From an uncultured Clostridia bacterium (GTDB lineage Bacteria > Bacillota > Clostridia > TANB77 > CAG-508): a DNA stretch of 64,000 bases. The position numbers were made by a program, and so were the translations under genes. The notes under the pieces are model-generated. The model was not told the DNA's origin, searched no databases, and saw only the letters and a list, made by a program, of their open reading frames with translations. The stretch is taken from the NCBI GenBank assembly GCA_944387495.1, contig CALXFD010000004.1, positions 6,798-70,797 on the forward strand, read 5' to 3'. This document shows positions 48,435 through 59,624 of the stretch, piece after piece; the stretch's first letter is position 1; each line of letters starts with the position of its first letter.

Positions 48435-48797
48435 GTGATTAAAATGCCAAATATTCCAAAGAAAATTAATAGTATATTAGAAGAATTTATAGAAGGGGCA
48501 AAGAATATTCTTGGCAATAGAATGAAAAAAATAATCCTTTATGGTTCATATGCAAGAGGAGATTATAAAAAGGATTCTGATATAGATATAATGATATTAA
48601 CAGATTTAAAAGATGATGAAATATCAGAATATAGAGATAAAATATGGGAATTTGCTTATAATATTGAATTTGATAACAATTTTGATATTACTTTATCACC
48701 ATTAATTAAGAATATAGATAAGTTTAATTATTGGTTAGAAGCATTACCTTTTTATATTAATGTTCAAAATGAAGGAGTGGTATTAAGTGAGTCCTAA
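48435..48797 (+). CDS. MNT-type nucleotidyltransferase (MntA-like antitoxin)
   Basis: GSYARGDYKKDSDIDI minimal nucleotidyltransferase motif (GS..DxD); start GTG 48435 or ATG 48444. Confidence 0.85.
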   Translation: MIKMPNIPKKINSILEEFIEGAKNILGNRMKKIILYGSYARGDYKKDSDIDIMILTDLKDDEISEYRDKIWEFAYNIEFDNNFDITLSPLIKNIDKFNYWLEALPFYINVQNEGVVLSES

Positions 48798-49188
48798 AAT
48801 TTCAAAAGAATTATCTAAACATAGACTGGAACAAGCAAAAGAAGACTTAAAAGCAAGTAAAGTATTATATGACATGAAACTATTTAAATCTGCTAATAAT
48901 AGAGCATATTATTCAATATTTCATAGTATAAAAGCAGTTTTAGCACTAGAACCGATAGATTTTAAAAGACATAAAGATGTGATAGCATATTTTAATAAAA
49001 ATTATATTCATCCAGAAATATTTCCTAAAAGCATGGGAAGAAGAATATCAGATGCAAGTAGAATAAGAGAAGATAGTGATTATGATGATGAATTTGTGGT
49101 TAAAACAGAAGATACATTAGCTCAAATAGAAACAGCAGAAAAAATGATAAAACTAACAGAAAAATATATAAATACTAAAAAAATATAG
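48787..49188 (+). CDS. HEPN-domain protein (HepT-like toxin)
   Basis: 11-nt overlap with the MNT gene; ~130-aa helical protein with AYYSIFHSIKAVL..RIREDSDYD typical of PF05168-type HEPN. Confidence 0.8.
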   Translation: MSPKISKELSKHRLEQAKEDLKASKVLYDMKLFKSANNRAYYSIFHSIKAVLALEPIDFKRHKDVIAYFNKNYIHPEIFPKSMGRRISDASRIREDSDYDDEFVVKTEDTLAQIETAEKMIKLTEKYINTKKI

Positions 49189-49198
49189 TAATATGTGA

Positions 49199-49228
49199 AA
49201 AAGTATCCTTATAGGATACTTTTATTTT
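49199..49228 (+). terminator. terminator of the MNT/HEPN cassette
   Basis: aagtatcct / aggatactt stem plus T-rich tail. Confidence 0.6.
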
Positions 49229-49274
49229 AAACGAGAAAATTAAAATAACTAATAAATATACAATTGAAAGTATA

Positions 49275-49376
49275 AGTAGTAAACCAAATAAAAATGCCAA
49301 CAAATGTAGAAAAATGCGATGAAAAAACAGCTATAATTATAAAAAATATTGAAAAAATCTTGATTTCGTGTTAAAA
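49275..49376 (+). repeat. direct repeat copy 2 (promoter/iteron region)
   Basis: Same sequence as 48154-48256 with a few substitutions. Confidence 0.8.
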
Positions 49377-49474
49377 TATACTTGTAAAAATCTTGATTTC
49401 GTGTAAAATATTCAAAACAAAAATCTTGATTTCGTGTAAAAACAGCCAAATAAAAATCTTGTTTTCGTGAAAAA
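49349..49474 (+). promoter_or_regulatory. promoter plus four phased iterons upstream of the DUF4143 ATPase
   Basis: TTGAAA (49349), 17 nt, TAAAAT (49372); AAAAATCTTGATTTCGTG units with TCTTG at 49358, 49391, 49424, 49457 (exactly 33 bp apart; last unit has 1 mismatch). Confidence 0.55.
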
Positions 49475-49489
49475 AGAGGTGGTTAAAAT

Positions 49490-50842
49490 ATGAAAAGAAA
49501 AATATATGAAAAACTGCTAGAATGGAAAGAAAATAGCAATGGAAAAACAGCATTATTAATAGATGGGGCAAGACGAGTAGGAAAAAGCTACATAGTAGAA
49601 AAATTTGCACAAGAGAATTATAAAAGTTATATAATAATAGACTTTAACAAAGTTTCAAATGATGTAAAAGACTTATTCCAATATTACTTAAACGATATGG
49701 ATAATCTATTTTTATACTTATCAAACTACTTTAATGTAACACTTCATCCTCATGAAAGCTTAATAGTATTTGATGAAGTACAATTATACCCAAGAGCAAG
49801 GTCAGCAATAAAATATTTAGTAGAAGATGGAAGATATGACTATATAGAAACAGGTTCACTAATGTCCATAAAAAAGAATGTAAAAGATATATTAATACCA
49901 TCAGAAGAACAACACATAGAAATGCACCCAATGGACTTTGAAGAATTTTTATGGGCAGTAGGAAATGATACATTGATGGATTTAATAAAAAAATGTTATG
50001 AAGAAAAAAAGCCGTTAGGTCAAGCTATGCATAGAAAGGCAATGGACTATTTTAGACAATATATGATTGTTGGAGGTATGCCACAGGCTGTACAGGAGTA
50101 TGTAGATACCAAAGATTTTAAAAAGGTTGACCAAATAAAACGAAATATATTAAACCTATATAGACAAGATATAGGAAAATATGCCCAAGAATACAGTTTA
50201 AAAGTTGAAAGCATTTTTGACGAAATACCAGCACAATTGCAAAAACATGAAAAAAAATTCAAATTAGCTTCTATTAGTAAAGAAGCAAGATTTAGAGATT
50301 ATGAAGATGCAATGTTTTGGCTAAAAGATGCTATGATAATAAATCCATGTTATAACTCAACAGAACCTAGTATAGGACTAAAACTAAATACAGATTTTAT
50401 GACTTTAAAATGTTATATGGCAGATACAGGGCTTCTAATATCACATTCTTTTGATGAAAACGGAATAGTAACAGAAGAAATTTATAAAAAAATATTATTC
50501 GATAAATTAGAATTTAATGAAGGAATGCTTATGGAAAATATGGTAGCACAAATGTTAGTTGCATCTGGACACAAACTATATTTCTATTCAAATAGTTCAA
50601 GAGAAGATGCATCAAGTAGAATGAAAATAGATTTTTTAATAGCAAAATCTAAAATAAGTAATAGGCATAATATATCTCCAATAGAAGTAAAATCAGGGAA
50701 AAATTATACATTAACATCACTTAGAAAATTCATCAAAAAATATAATGAACAATTATACATTCCATATGTTTTACACACAGGAGATTTTAAAGAAGAAGAA
50801 GGAATTATATACTTACCTTTATATATGACATCATTATTATAA
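49490..50842 (+). CDS. AAA+ ATPase with DUF4143 domain (COG1373-like)
   Basis: Walker A GARRVGKSYIV, Walker B IVFDEVQ; size and layout typical. Confidence 0.8.
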   Translation: MKRKIYEKLLEWKENSNGKTALLIDGARRVGKSYIVEKFAQENYKSYIIIDFNKVSNDVKDLFQYYLNDMDNLFLYLSNYFNVTLHPHESLIVFDEVQLYPRARSAIKYLVEDGRYDYIETGSLMSIKKNVKDILIPSEEQHIEMHPMDFEEFLWAVGNDTLMDLIKKCYEEKKPLGQAMHRKAMDYFRQYMIVGGMPQAVQEYVDTKDFKKVDQIKRNILNLYRQDIGKYAQEYSLKVESIFDEIPAQLQKHEKKFKLASISKEARFRDYEDAMFWLKDAMIINPCYNSTEPSIGLKLNTDFMTLKCYMADTGLLISHSFDENGIVTEEIYKKILFDKLEFNEGMLMENMVAQMLVASGHKLYFYSNSSREDASSRMKIDFLIAKSKISNRHNISPIEVKSGKNYTLTSLRKFIKKYNEQLYIPYVLHTGDFKEEEGIIYLPLYMTSLL

Positions 50843-50859
50843 AAATTTCCAATTTTTTC

Positions 50860-50889
50860 TTGACATCCACCCACCCAATAATGTATAAT
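50860..50889 (+). promoter_or_regulatory. sigma-A-type promoter ~400 nt upstream of rpoB
   Basis: TTGACA, 18 nt, TATAAT. Confidence 0.5.
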
Positions 50890-51285
50890 ATAGAAGATTA
50901 TACAAAAAAATATTTTAGCCTAGATTTTTAAAAAATAAGGTGATAAAAATAAATAGAAAAATAATTTTGTAATAAATAAATATATTCTTAGAGCCAGTTG
51001 AAAAATTTAAAATTTTTTGACAGCTCTTTTATTGCCGTTTTAATATTCAACATAAAATCTTAACTAGGCTAAAAGCCAAAAATTTTAAAAATCAAAACAT
51101 TTCATTCAAAAGTAAAAAAATAAAAGAAGAGGAATCAAATATAAGTTTCCCTAGGGTTCTAGAAAGAAAAGCAGACTTTCTAGCTTCCATAGAAAGAGCT
51201 TATAGGAGAGAAGGACTTCTTTTAAAAAGATAAATTAATCAACTAAAAAGTTGATATTCCATTCTGCTTAATATTTTCATTAGAG

Positions 51286-54200
51286 GTGATTTTCTTGAAA
51301 TTAAAAGAAGTTAAATACGAGAAAGCTTCTCGTAAAGATTTCGCAAAAGTTGGCGATTATATCGAAATGCCAAATTTAATCAAAGTTCAAAGAGATTCAT
51401 ATGAATGGTTCCTAGAAGAAGGATTAGGAGAAGTATTAAAAGACATATCTCCAATAGAAGACTATTCAGGAAACTTAGTATTAGAATTCTTTGATTACTA
51501 CATGGAAGACAAAACAAAATACACAGTAGAAGAAGCAAAAGAAAGAGATGCAACATATTCAACAAGATTACATGTAAAAGTAAGATTAATTAACCGTGAA
51601 ACAGGAGAAATCAAAGAACAAGAAATCTATTTAGGCGATTTCCCATTAATGACAGATAGTGGAACATTTGTAATCAATGGGGCAGAAAGAGTTGTAGTAA
51701 GCCAATTAGTACGTTCACCAGGTTGTTATTATGGAGAAGAATTTGACACAAAGACAGGAAAGAGAACATATACATCAACAGTAATGCCACTTAGAGGTGC
51801 ATGGCTAGAATATGAAACAGATGGAAATGATATTTTCTGGGTACGTGTTGATAGAACAAGAAAAGTACCAGTAACAACATTATTAAGAGCAATAGGAATT
51901 GCAACAGATGCTCAAATAACAGAATTATTTGGTGATGAACCATTATTAAAAGCAACAATAAATAAAGACACAATAAAAGAACAAGATGAAGCATTAATAG
52001 AAATCTACAAAAAATTAAGACCAGGAGAACTTCCAACAGCAGATGCTGCAAGAAACTTATTTAATGGTCTATTCTATGATAATAGAAGATATGACTTAGC
52101 AAAAGTTGGTAGATATAAATTTAACCAAAAATTAAATTTAGCTACTAGAATAAAAGGAAAAGTTGCAGCAGAAGATATAATGGACGAAGAAACAGGAGAA
52201 GTATTTGTACAAGCAGGAGAAGTTATAAAACCAGAAGTTGCAGAAGATATCCAAAATGCAGGAATAAATATAGTAGATATAATGCTTGGAGAAAGAAAAG
52301 TTAGAATTATAGGAAATAGTACAGTAAATATCCACAAAGTATTACCAAATGTGGATTTAAGCAAATTACATTTTAAAGAATTAGTAAATTACAATGTACT
52401 AAAAAATATAATAGATAATACAGACGAAAAAGACTTAGTAAAAATTATAGAAGAAAGAAAAGATGAATTAGTACCAAAACATATCACAACAGAAGATATG
52501 ATAGCATCTATAAATTATCTATTAAACCTATCACATGGATTAGGAAAACCAGATGATATAGACCACTTATCAAACCGTAGAATAAGAAGTGTTGGTGAAT
52601 TGTTACAAAACCAATTCAGAATTGGTTTAACAAGACTTGAAAGAGTAGTTCGTGAAAGAATGACAATACAAGACTTAGATGTAATAACACCACAAACATT
52701 AATAAATACAAAACCAATAACATCATCAATAAGAGAATTCTTTGGAAGCTCACAATTATCACAATTTATGGACCAAACAAACCCACTTTCAGAATTAACA
52801 CATAAAAGAAGAATTTCAGCATTAGGACCAGGTGGATTAACAAGAGAAAGAGCAGGATTTGAGGTTCGTGATATTCACTATACACATTATGGTAGATTAT
52901 GTCCAATAGAATCACCAGAAGGACCAAACATAGGACTTATATCAGCATTATCATCATTTGCACAAATAAATGAATATGGATTTATAGAAACACCATATAG
53001 AAAAGTAGACCCAGAAACACATAAATTAACAGACACAGTAGAATATATGAGTGCAGATGTAGAAGATAACTATATAATTGCACAAGCGTCAGAACCAGTA
53101 GATAAAGATGGTAGATTTACAAACCCACGTGTAAGAGTAAGATTTAGAAATGAAGTAATAGAAGTTGATAGAGATAGTGTACAATATGTAGATGTATCTC
53201 CAAAACAATTAGTTTCTATTGCAGCAGCAATGATACCATTCTTAGAGCATGATGATGCAAAAAGAGCGCTAATGGGTGCAAACATGCAACGTCAAGCAGT
53301 ACCATTAATGATTACAGAAAGTCCAATAGTAGGAACAGGTATGGAATATAGAGCAGCAAAAGATTCTGGAATATTAGTATTAGCAGAAGATGATGGAGTA
53401 ATAGAAAAAGTAACAGGTGACGCAATAACTGTTAAATATAATAATGGAAAAACAGTAGTACATAAATTACGTAAGTTCAAAAGAACAAATGGTGGTACAT
53501 GTATCAACCAAAAACCAATAGTTAAAAAAGGTGAAATAGTTAAAAAAGGAGATAGCATAGCAGATGGACCATCAACAAAAAACGGAGAAATGGCATTAGG
53601 TAAAAACGTATTAGTAGCTTTCTCAACATGGGAAGGATATAACTACGAGGATGCTATATTATTAAATGAAAGACTAGTAAAAGAAGATGTATTTACATCA
53701 ATTCATATAGAAGAATATGACTGTGAATGTAGAGACACAAAACTAGGAGCAGAAGAAATAACAAGAGATATCCCAAATATTGGTGATGACTCATTAAAAG
53801 ATCTAGATGAAAACGGAATTATACGTATAGGTGCAGAAGTTAGACCAGGAGATATCTTAGTTGGTAAAGTTACTCCAAAAGGAGAAACAGAACTAACAGC
53901 AGAAGAAAGATTATTAAGAGCAATCTTTGGTGAAAAAGCTAGGGAAGTAAGAGATACATCATTAAGAGTACCACATGGAGAAGCTGGAACAATAGTAGAT
54001 GTAAAAATCTTTACAAGAGAAAATTCAGATGAATTAGGACCTGGTGTAAACCAAATAATAAGATGTTATATAGCAACAAAAAGAAAAATATCAGTTGGAG
54101 ATAAAATGGCAGGACGTCACGGAAATAAAGGTGTTATATCAAGAGTATTACCAGAAGAAGATATGCCATTTATGCCAGATGGAACACCAATAGACATATT

Positions 54201-55053
54201 ATTAAACCCATTAGGTGTACCTTCACGTATGAACTTAGGTCAAGTACTAGAAGTTCACTTAGGAGGAGCTGCAAAAGCACTAGGATGGCATGTATCTACA
54301 CCAGTATTTGATGGTGCAACACAAGAAGATGTTGAAGAATTACTAGAAAAAGCAGGAATGAGTAAAGACGGAAAAACAACATTATATGACGGAAGAACAG
54401 GAGAACCATTTGCAAGTCCAATTACAGTTGGAGTAATGTACATGTTAAAACTACATCACTTAGTAGATGACAAAATACATGCTCGTTCAACAGGACCATA
54501 CTCATTAGTAACACAACAACCACTAGGAGGAAAAGCACAATTTGGTGGACAACGTTTTGGAGAAATGGAAGTTTGGGCATTAGAAGCATATGGTGCAGCA
54601 TACACATTACAAGAAATGTTAACAGTAAAATCAGACGATGTTGTAGGAAGAGTAAAAACATATGAAGCAATAGTAAAAGGAGAAAACATCCCAGAACCAG
54701 GAGTACCAGAAAGCTTCAAGGTATTAGTAAAAGAACTTCAATCATTAGGACTAGATGTAAGACTATATTCAGAAGACAATGAAGAATTAGAACTAAAAGA
54801 AAATATAGAAGACGGAATAGAATATGACCCAGAAAAAGAAAAACAACTATTAGCCGAAGATGAAGTTGTAGCAGATGGGGACTTAGATGATGGATACACA
54901 GAAAGCACAGATGATGACATACTTTTAGACGAAGAACCATTAGATGACGGAAATGACGATTTATTTGAAGGTCTAGATGATGAAGGAGACGAAATGCTAT
55001 ATGACAACGATTTAGCAAATGACAATCTAGATGACGAAAGGGGGGAAGCATAG
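51286..55053 (+). CDS. rpoB: DNA-directed RNA polymerase beta subunit (start GTG 51286 or more likely TTG 51295)
   Basis: Universal motifs e.g. [32 protein letters not shown]; ~100-aa acidic C-terminal extension. Confidence 0.97.
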   Translation: MIFLKLKEVKYEKASRKDFAKVGDYIEMPNLIKVQRDSYEWFLEEGLGEVLKDISPIEDYSGNLVLEFFDYYMEDKTKYTVEEAKERDATYSTRLHVKVRLINRETGEIKEQEIYLGDFPLMTDSGTFVINGAERVVVSQLVRSPGCYYGEEFDTKTGKRTYTSTVMPLRGAWLEYETDGNDIFWVRVDRTRKVPVTTLLRAIGIATDAQITELFGDEPLLKATINKDTIKEQDEALIEIYKKLRPGELPTADAARNLFNGLFYDNRRYDLAKVGRYKFNQKLNLATRIKGKVAAEDIMDEETGEVFVQAGEVIKPEVAEDIQNAGINIVDIMLGERKVRIIGNSTVNIHKVLPNVDLSKLHFKELVNYNVLKNIIDNTDEKDLVKIIEERKDELVPKHITTEDMIASINYLLNLSHGLGKPDDIDHLSNRRIRSVGELLQNQFRIGLTRLERVVRERMTIQDLDVITPQTLINTKPITSSIREFFGSSQLSQFMDQTNPLSELTHKRRISALGPGGLTRERAGFEVRDIHYTHYGRLCPIESPEGPNIGLISALSSFAQINEYGFIETPYRKVDPETHKLTDTVEYMSADVEDNYIIAQASEPVDKDGRFTNPRVRVRFRNEVIEVDRDSVQYVDVSPKQLVSIAAAMIPFLEHDDAKRALMGANMQRQAVPLMITESPIVGTGMEYRAAKDSGILVLAEDDGVIEKVTGDAITVKYNNGKTVVHKLRKFKRTNGGTCINQKPIVKKGEIVKKGDSIADGPSTKNGEMALGKNVLVAFSTWEGYNYEDAILLNERLVKEDVFTSIHIEEYDCECRDTKLGAEEITRDIPNIGDDSLKDLDENGIIRIGAEVRPGDILVGKVTPKGETELTAEERLLRAIFGEKAREVRDTSLRVPHGEAGTIVDVKIFTRENSDELGPGVNQIIRCYIATKRKISVGDKMAGRHGNKGVISRVLPEEDMPFMPDGTPIDILLNPLGVPSRMNLGQVLEVHLGGAAKALGWHVSTPVFDGATQEDVEELLEKAGMSKDGKTTLYDGRTGEPFASPITVGVMYMLKLHHLVDDKIHARSTGPYSLVTQQPLGGKAQFGGQRFGEMEVWALEAYGAAYTLQEMLTVKSDDVVGRVKTYEAIVKGENIPEPGVPESFKVLVKELQSLGLDVRLYSEDNEELELKENIEDGIEYDPEKEKQLLAEDEVVADGDLDDGYTESTDDDILLDEEPLDDGNDDLFEGLDDEGDEMLYDNDLANDNLDDERGEA

Positions 55054-57236
55054 TGGACGAATTAGATATCTTTAATAAAATAAAAATAGGTATTGCATCA
55101 GATGAAAAGATAAGAGAATGGTCAAAAGGTGAAGTAAAAAAACCAGAGACTATAAATTACAGAACATTAAAACCAGAAAAAGATGGTCTATTTTGTGAAA
55201 GAATATTTGGACCAACAAAAGACTGGGAATGTCACTGTGGAAAATATAAAAGAGTAAGATATAAAGGAATTGTCTGTGATAGATGTGGTGTTGAAGTAAC
55301 AAAAGCAAAAGTTAGACGTGAAAGAATGGGACATATCGAACTTGCAGCACCAGTTGCACATATATGGTATTTTAAAGGTATTCCAAGTAGAATAGCTTTA
55401 ATGTTAGATATCTCACCAAGAAATCTAGAAAAAATCATATATTTTGCATCATATGTTGTAACAGATAAAGGAACATCAGGATTAGAAAAATGTCAAGTTT
55501 TAAATGAAAAAGAATATCATGAAGCAGAAGAAAAATATGGTAGAGGTTCATTTAAAGCAAAAATGGGAGCAGAAGCATTAAGAGAACTATTAGAACAAAT
55601 AGATTTAGAAAAATTATCTGCTCAAATTAGAAAAGAATTAGAAAAAGCAAGTGAACAAAAAAAGGGAAAACTAATAAAAAGATTAGATACAGTAGAAGCT
55701 TTTAGAATTTCTGGAAATAGACCAGAATGGATGGTAATGAATGTTGTTCCAGTAATTCCACCAGAATTAAGACCAATGGTACAATTAGATGGTGGTAGAT
55801 TTGCAACATCAGACCTAAATGATTTATATAGAAGAGTTATAAACAGAAATAATAGATTAAAAAGACTATTAGAATTAGGAGCACCTGAAATAATTGTAAG
55901 AAATGAAAAAAGAATGTTACAAGAATCAGTAGATGCCTTAATAGATAATGGAAGAAGAGGAAGACCAGTAACAGGAGCTGGAAATAGACCATTAAAATCT
56001 TTATCAGACTTATTAAAAGGAAAACAAGGTCGTTTCCGTCAAAACTTACTTGGAAAACGTGTTGACTACTCAGGACGTTCAGTTATAGTTGTAGGACCCG
56101 AACTTAAAATATATCAATGTGGACTTCCAAAAGAAATGGCGGTAGAGTTATTTAAACCATTTGTTATGAAAGAACTAGTAGGAAGAGGAATAGCACAAAA
56201 CATAAAAAATGCAAAAAGAATGGTAGAAAGACTAAAACCAGAAGTATGGGGAATATTAGAAGATGTTATAAAAGACCATCCTGTAATGTTAAACCGTGCA
56301 CCTACACTACATAGATTAGGTATACAAGCATTTGAACCAGTTTTAGTAGAAGGTAGAGCTATAAAACTTCACCCATTAGTTTGTGAAGCATTTAACGCAG
56401 ACTTCGACGGTGACCAAATGGCTGTGCATTTACCATTATCACCAGAAGCACAAGCAGAATCAAGATATTTAATGCTTGCAACAAACAACTTACTAAAACC
56501 ACAAGATGGTAAACCAGTTGCAACACCAAGACTAGACATGATTTTAGGAAGTTACTACTTAACAATGGTATTAGATGGAGAACAAGGTGAAGGAACATAT
56601 TATAAAGACCCAGAAGAAGCACTTATGGCATTTGCAAACCATGAAGTTGGAATACATGCAAAAATCTATGTTAGGGTAACAAAAGAAATAGATGGAGAAA
56701 TGAAATCTAAAAAAATAGAAACAAGTGTTGGAAGAATAATCTTTAATGAAGGAATACCACAAGACTTAGGATTTATAGACAGAAAAGAAGACCCATTCCA
56801 ATATGAAATAAGCTTCCCAGTTATGAAAAAATCAATGGGAAATATTATAGAAAGAGTTATCAGAACACATGGATTAACAGAATCAGCAGAAGTAATAGAC
56901 TATATCAAAGCATTAGGATTCAAATACTCAACATTAGCTGGTATAACATTCTCAATGAGTGATGTACAAGTACCAGAAGCTAAAAAAGGACTATTAAAAG
57001 AAGCAGATGCGAAAATAGAGAATATAAGAAAACAATATGCAAGAGGTTTAATTACAAACGATGAACGTTATAACGAAGTAATTAAAGTTTGGGAAGAAAC
57101 AACAAACAAAGTTAGTGATGCAATGGAAGAAAACTTTGATGAGTTAAACCCAATATATATGATGGTTAAATCAGGAGCAAGACGGAAATATGAGCCAGTT
57201 AAGACAAATAGCAGGTATGCGTGGACTTATGGCTAG
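55053..57236 (+). CDS. rpoC: RNA polymerase beta' subunit, N-terminal 727 codons (frame broken at 57183)
   Basis: Zn ribbon CHCGKY..CDRCGV, catalytic NADFDGDQM; ends 18 codons after a frame change inside the conserved SGARG motif. Confidence 0.95.
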   Translation: MDELDIFNKIKIGIASDEKIREWSKGEVKKPETINYRTLKPEKDGLFCERIFGPTKDWECHCGKYKRVRYKGIVCDRCGVEVTKAKVRRERMGHIELAAPVAHIWYFKGIPSRIALMLDISPRNLEKIIYFASYVVTDKGTSGLEKCQVLNEKEYHEAEEKYGRGSFKAKMGAEALRELLEQIDLEKLSAQIRKELEKASEQKKGKLIKRLDTVEAFRISGNRPEWMVMNVVPVIPPELRPMVQLDGGRFATSDLNDLYRRVINRNNRLKRLLELGAPEIIVRNEKRMLQESVDALIDNGRRGRPVTGAGNRPLKSLSDLLKGKQGRFRQNLLGKRVDYSGRSVIVVGPELKIYQCGLPKEMAVELFKPFVMKELVGRGIAQNIKNAKRMVERLKPEVWGILEDVIKDHPVMLNRAPTLHRLGIQAFEPVLVEGRAIKLHPLVCEAFNADFDGDQMAVHLPLSPEAQAESRYLMLATNNLLKPQDGKPVATPRLDMILGSYYLTMVLDGEQGEGTYYKDPEEALMAFANHEVGIHAKIYVRVTKEIDGEMKSKKIETSVGRIIFNEGIPQDLGFIDRKEDPFQYEISFPVMKKSMGNIIERVIRTHGLTESAEVIDYIKALGFKYSTLAGITFSMSDVQVPEAKKGLLKEADAKIENIRKQYARGLITNDERYNEVIKVWEETTNKVSDAMEENFDELNPIYMMVKSGARRKYEPVKTNSRYAWTYG

Positions 57237-58602
57237 TACAACTGGTAAAGCGGTAGAAATACCAATTAAATCATCATTTGCAGAAGGACTAGATGCGTTA
57301 GAGTACTTCATATCAGCCCATGGAGCAAGAAAAGGACTTTCAGATACAGCGTTAAGAACAGCTGACTCTGGATACTTAACAAGAAGATTAGTAGATGTAT
57401 CACAAGACATTATCGTAAGAGAACATGATTGTGGAACAGACGAAGGAATTATAGTATATGACATAAAAGACGGACAACAAATAATCGAAAAAATGCAAGA
57501 AAGACTACTTGGAAGATATCCAGTAAAAGACGTATATAATCCAGAAACAAACGAATTAATAGTAGATACAAATACTATGATTACAGAAAAAATCGCAGAC
57601 AAAATAGTAAATGCAGGAATAGAAAAACTAGAAGTTCGTTCAGTACTAGGATGTAAATCAAAACACGGTGTATGTCAAAAATGTTATGGTATGGGCTTAG
57701 CAAGACGTGACTTAGTTTCAATAGGAGAAGCAATAGGAATTATAGCAGCACAATCAATAGGTGAACCTGGTACACAATTAACAATGAGAACAATTCACTC
57801 AGGTGGTGTTGCAGGTGTAGCAGATATTACACAAGGTCTTCCAAGGGTTGAAGAGTTATTTGAAGCTAGAAAACCAAAGGGACTTGCAATAATATCAGAA
57901 ATTGATGGTAAAGTTAAAATTAAAGAAACTAAGAAGAAAAAAGAAGTTATTGTTACAAGTAATGATAATTCTAAAACATATACAATACCATTTGGTTCAA
58001 AAATGAAAGTAAAAGACGGAGACTATGTAGAAGTTGGTCAAGCCTTAATTGAAGGTTCAATAAACCCAGCAGAAATACTAGCTTTGAAAGGACCAGAAGG
58101 AGTATATGAATACTTAATTACAGAAGTACAAAAAGTTTATAGAAACCAAGGTGTTGATATAAACGATAAACACATCGAAGTTATAGGAAGACAAATGCTT
58201 AAAAAAGTTAGAATTGATGATAATGGAGATACAGATATGTTCCCAGGTTCATTAATAGACATGTATGAATTTGAAGACAAAAATGCAGAAGCAGTAGCAG
58301 AAGGAAGAAGACCAGCAACAGGAAAGAGAGTATTATTAGGAATTACAAAAGCATCACTTGCAACAGATAGCTTCCTATCAGCAGCATCATTCCAAGAAAC
58401 AACAAGAGTACTTACAGATGCAGCAGTAAAAGGTAAAACAGATGACCTAGTAGGTCTAAAAGAAAACGTAATTATAGGTAAATTAATTCCAGCAGGAACT
58501 GGAATGAAAAGATATCAAAACCTTCACATTAATACTGAACAAGAATTAGAAAAGGTTTCAGATATTGAAGAAAATACAAATCCTAGCACAAATGCAGGAT
58601 AA
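57190..58602 (+). CDS. rpoC: RNA polymerase beta' subunit, C-terminal 470 codons
   Basis: [53 protein letters not shown] continues beta' (trigger loop onward). Confidence 0.95.
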   Translation: MSQLRQIAGMRGLMASTTGKAVEIPIKSSFAEGLDALEYFISAHGARKGLSDTALRTADSGYLTRRLVDVSQDIIVREHDCGTDEGIIVYDIKDGQQIIEKMQERLLGRYPVKDVYNPETNELIVDTNTMITEKIADKIVNAGIEKLEVRSVLGCKSKHGVCQKCYGMGLARRDLVSIGEAIGIIAAQSIGEPGTQLTMRTIHSGGVAGVADITQGLPRVEELFEARKPKGLAIISEIDGKVKIKETKKKKEVIVTSNDNSKTYTIPFGSKMKVKDGDYVEVGQALIEGSINPAEILALKGPEGVYEYLITEVQKVYRNQGVDINDKHIEVIGRQMLKKVRIDDNGDTDMFPGSLIDMYEFEDKNAEAVAEGRRPATGKRVLLGITKASLATDSFLSAASFQETTRVLTDAAVKGKTDDLVGLKENVIIGKLIPAGTGMKRYQNLHINTEQELEKVSDIEENTNPSTNAG

Positions 58603-58625
58603 AAGAAAAGTGAGGTAAGATAATT

Positions 58626-59267
58626 ATGAAAAAAGGAACAAAAGAAACAGTAGTAAGCAACAATGGAAAAGGCAAAAAAATTGCATTAATAGCAATTATA
58701 GCAATAATAGTAATAGCAGTAATAGCTACAATAATATATTTTGTAGTAAAAAATAACAAAGAAGAAGAAGCACAAAAGGCTCAAAATGAAAATTCATTAA
58801 TAGATATGAATAACACAGAAAATGCTGAAATCATAGAAGGAAACAAACAAAACACATCAGAAGCATTAGTACAAAATAAAGTATATGAAGGAATGACAAT
58901 AACAGGTATAAACTTAGCAGTATATGATGGAGTATCAAGTTTTACAGCAACAGTAGAAAACACAAGTGATAAAGATTATGAAGGTGGAATAGTAGTATTA
59001 ATATTCACAAACCAAGATGGTTCAGAATATGCAAGACTAGAAGCATCAATACCAGAAGTTAAAAAAGGAGAATCAACATATATAGATGCAGGAACAACAT
59101 CAGATATAACTAATGCATATGATTTCAGAATAGAAAAAGCAACAGCTGAAAATACAGGATTAAATGCAGATGGAAGTCTAGCAGAAGGACAAGAAAATAC
59201 AGAACAAGATACAGTAGAAACACCAGCTGAAACAGGAAATGAAGGAACAACACCTGCAACAGAATAA
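58626..59267 (+). CDS. membrane-anchored hypothetical protein
   Basis: Single TM IALIAIIAIIVIAVIATIIYFVV; GAGG RBS; 23 nt after rpoC. Confidence 0.5.
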   Translation: MKKGTKETVVSNNGKGKKIALIAIIAIIVIAVIATIIYFVVKNNKEEEAQKAQNENSLIDMNNTENAEIIEGNKQNTSEALVQNKVYEGMTITGINLAVYDGVSSFTATVENTSDKDYEGGIVVLIFTNQDGSEYARLEASIPEVKKGESTYIDAGTTSDITNAYDFRIEKATAENTGLNADGSLAEGQENTEQDTVETPAETGNEGTTPATE

Positions 59268-59298
59268 GAAATAAGATATATAAATAAAAGGTTAATAT

Positions 59299-59329
59299 AG
59301 GCTAATATATATTGGCCTTTTATTTTTTT
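59299..59329 (+). terminator. terminator after the rpoBC cluster
   Basis: aggctaatat / atattggcct imperfect stem followed by tttatttttt. Confidence 0.55.
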
Positions 59330-59624
59330 GTAAAACTACTATTAATCTTCCAAACACACTAATCCGTAGCAATTTTGCAACTATTACAACGTAAAGTAAC
59401 AAAATTGTAACACAAATTTAATATATTCTTAACTATCATAAAGTATTTATTTCCGTATATATAACCAAACTTATCATTTTTTTGCAATTATACCCTAGTT
59501 GTTTTTTCATTTTAATTATTTTAGAATATAAAAAGGCAAATAGTATGATATTTTAATTTATAAAATTTTGTACAAAATAGCAGTTTAGTGAACAAGAAAA
59601 ATAATCAAAAGAGGAGATTAAAAT

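Noticed and set aside
49358-49474. Possible mini-CRISPR array
   Set aside because: Only four ~18-bp units with ~15-bp spacers, far shorter than CRISPR repeats and spacers, no cas genes, and the units sit over a promoter.
49249-49610. Minus-strand ORFs (66 and 79 aa) with repeated TRNQDF / HEIKIF peptides
   Set aside because: The peptide repeats are simply translations of the 33-bp-phased DNA iterons. There is no RBS, and the region is a promoter/5' UTR.
50900-51285. Possible structured leader or attenuator upstream of rpoB (hairpin ctagaaag..ctttctag near 51150-51180)
   Set aside because: There is only one clear 8-bp hairpin and no recognisable ribosomal-protein leader or terminator/antiterminator pair. 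It cannot be supported without comparative data.
51380-57602. Numerous minus-strand ORFs within rpoB/rpoC
   Set aside because: They are shadows of highly conserved plus-strand genes (L/S/F-rich, no motifs).
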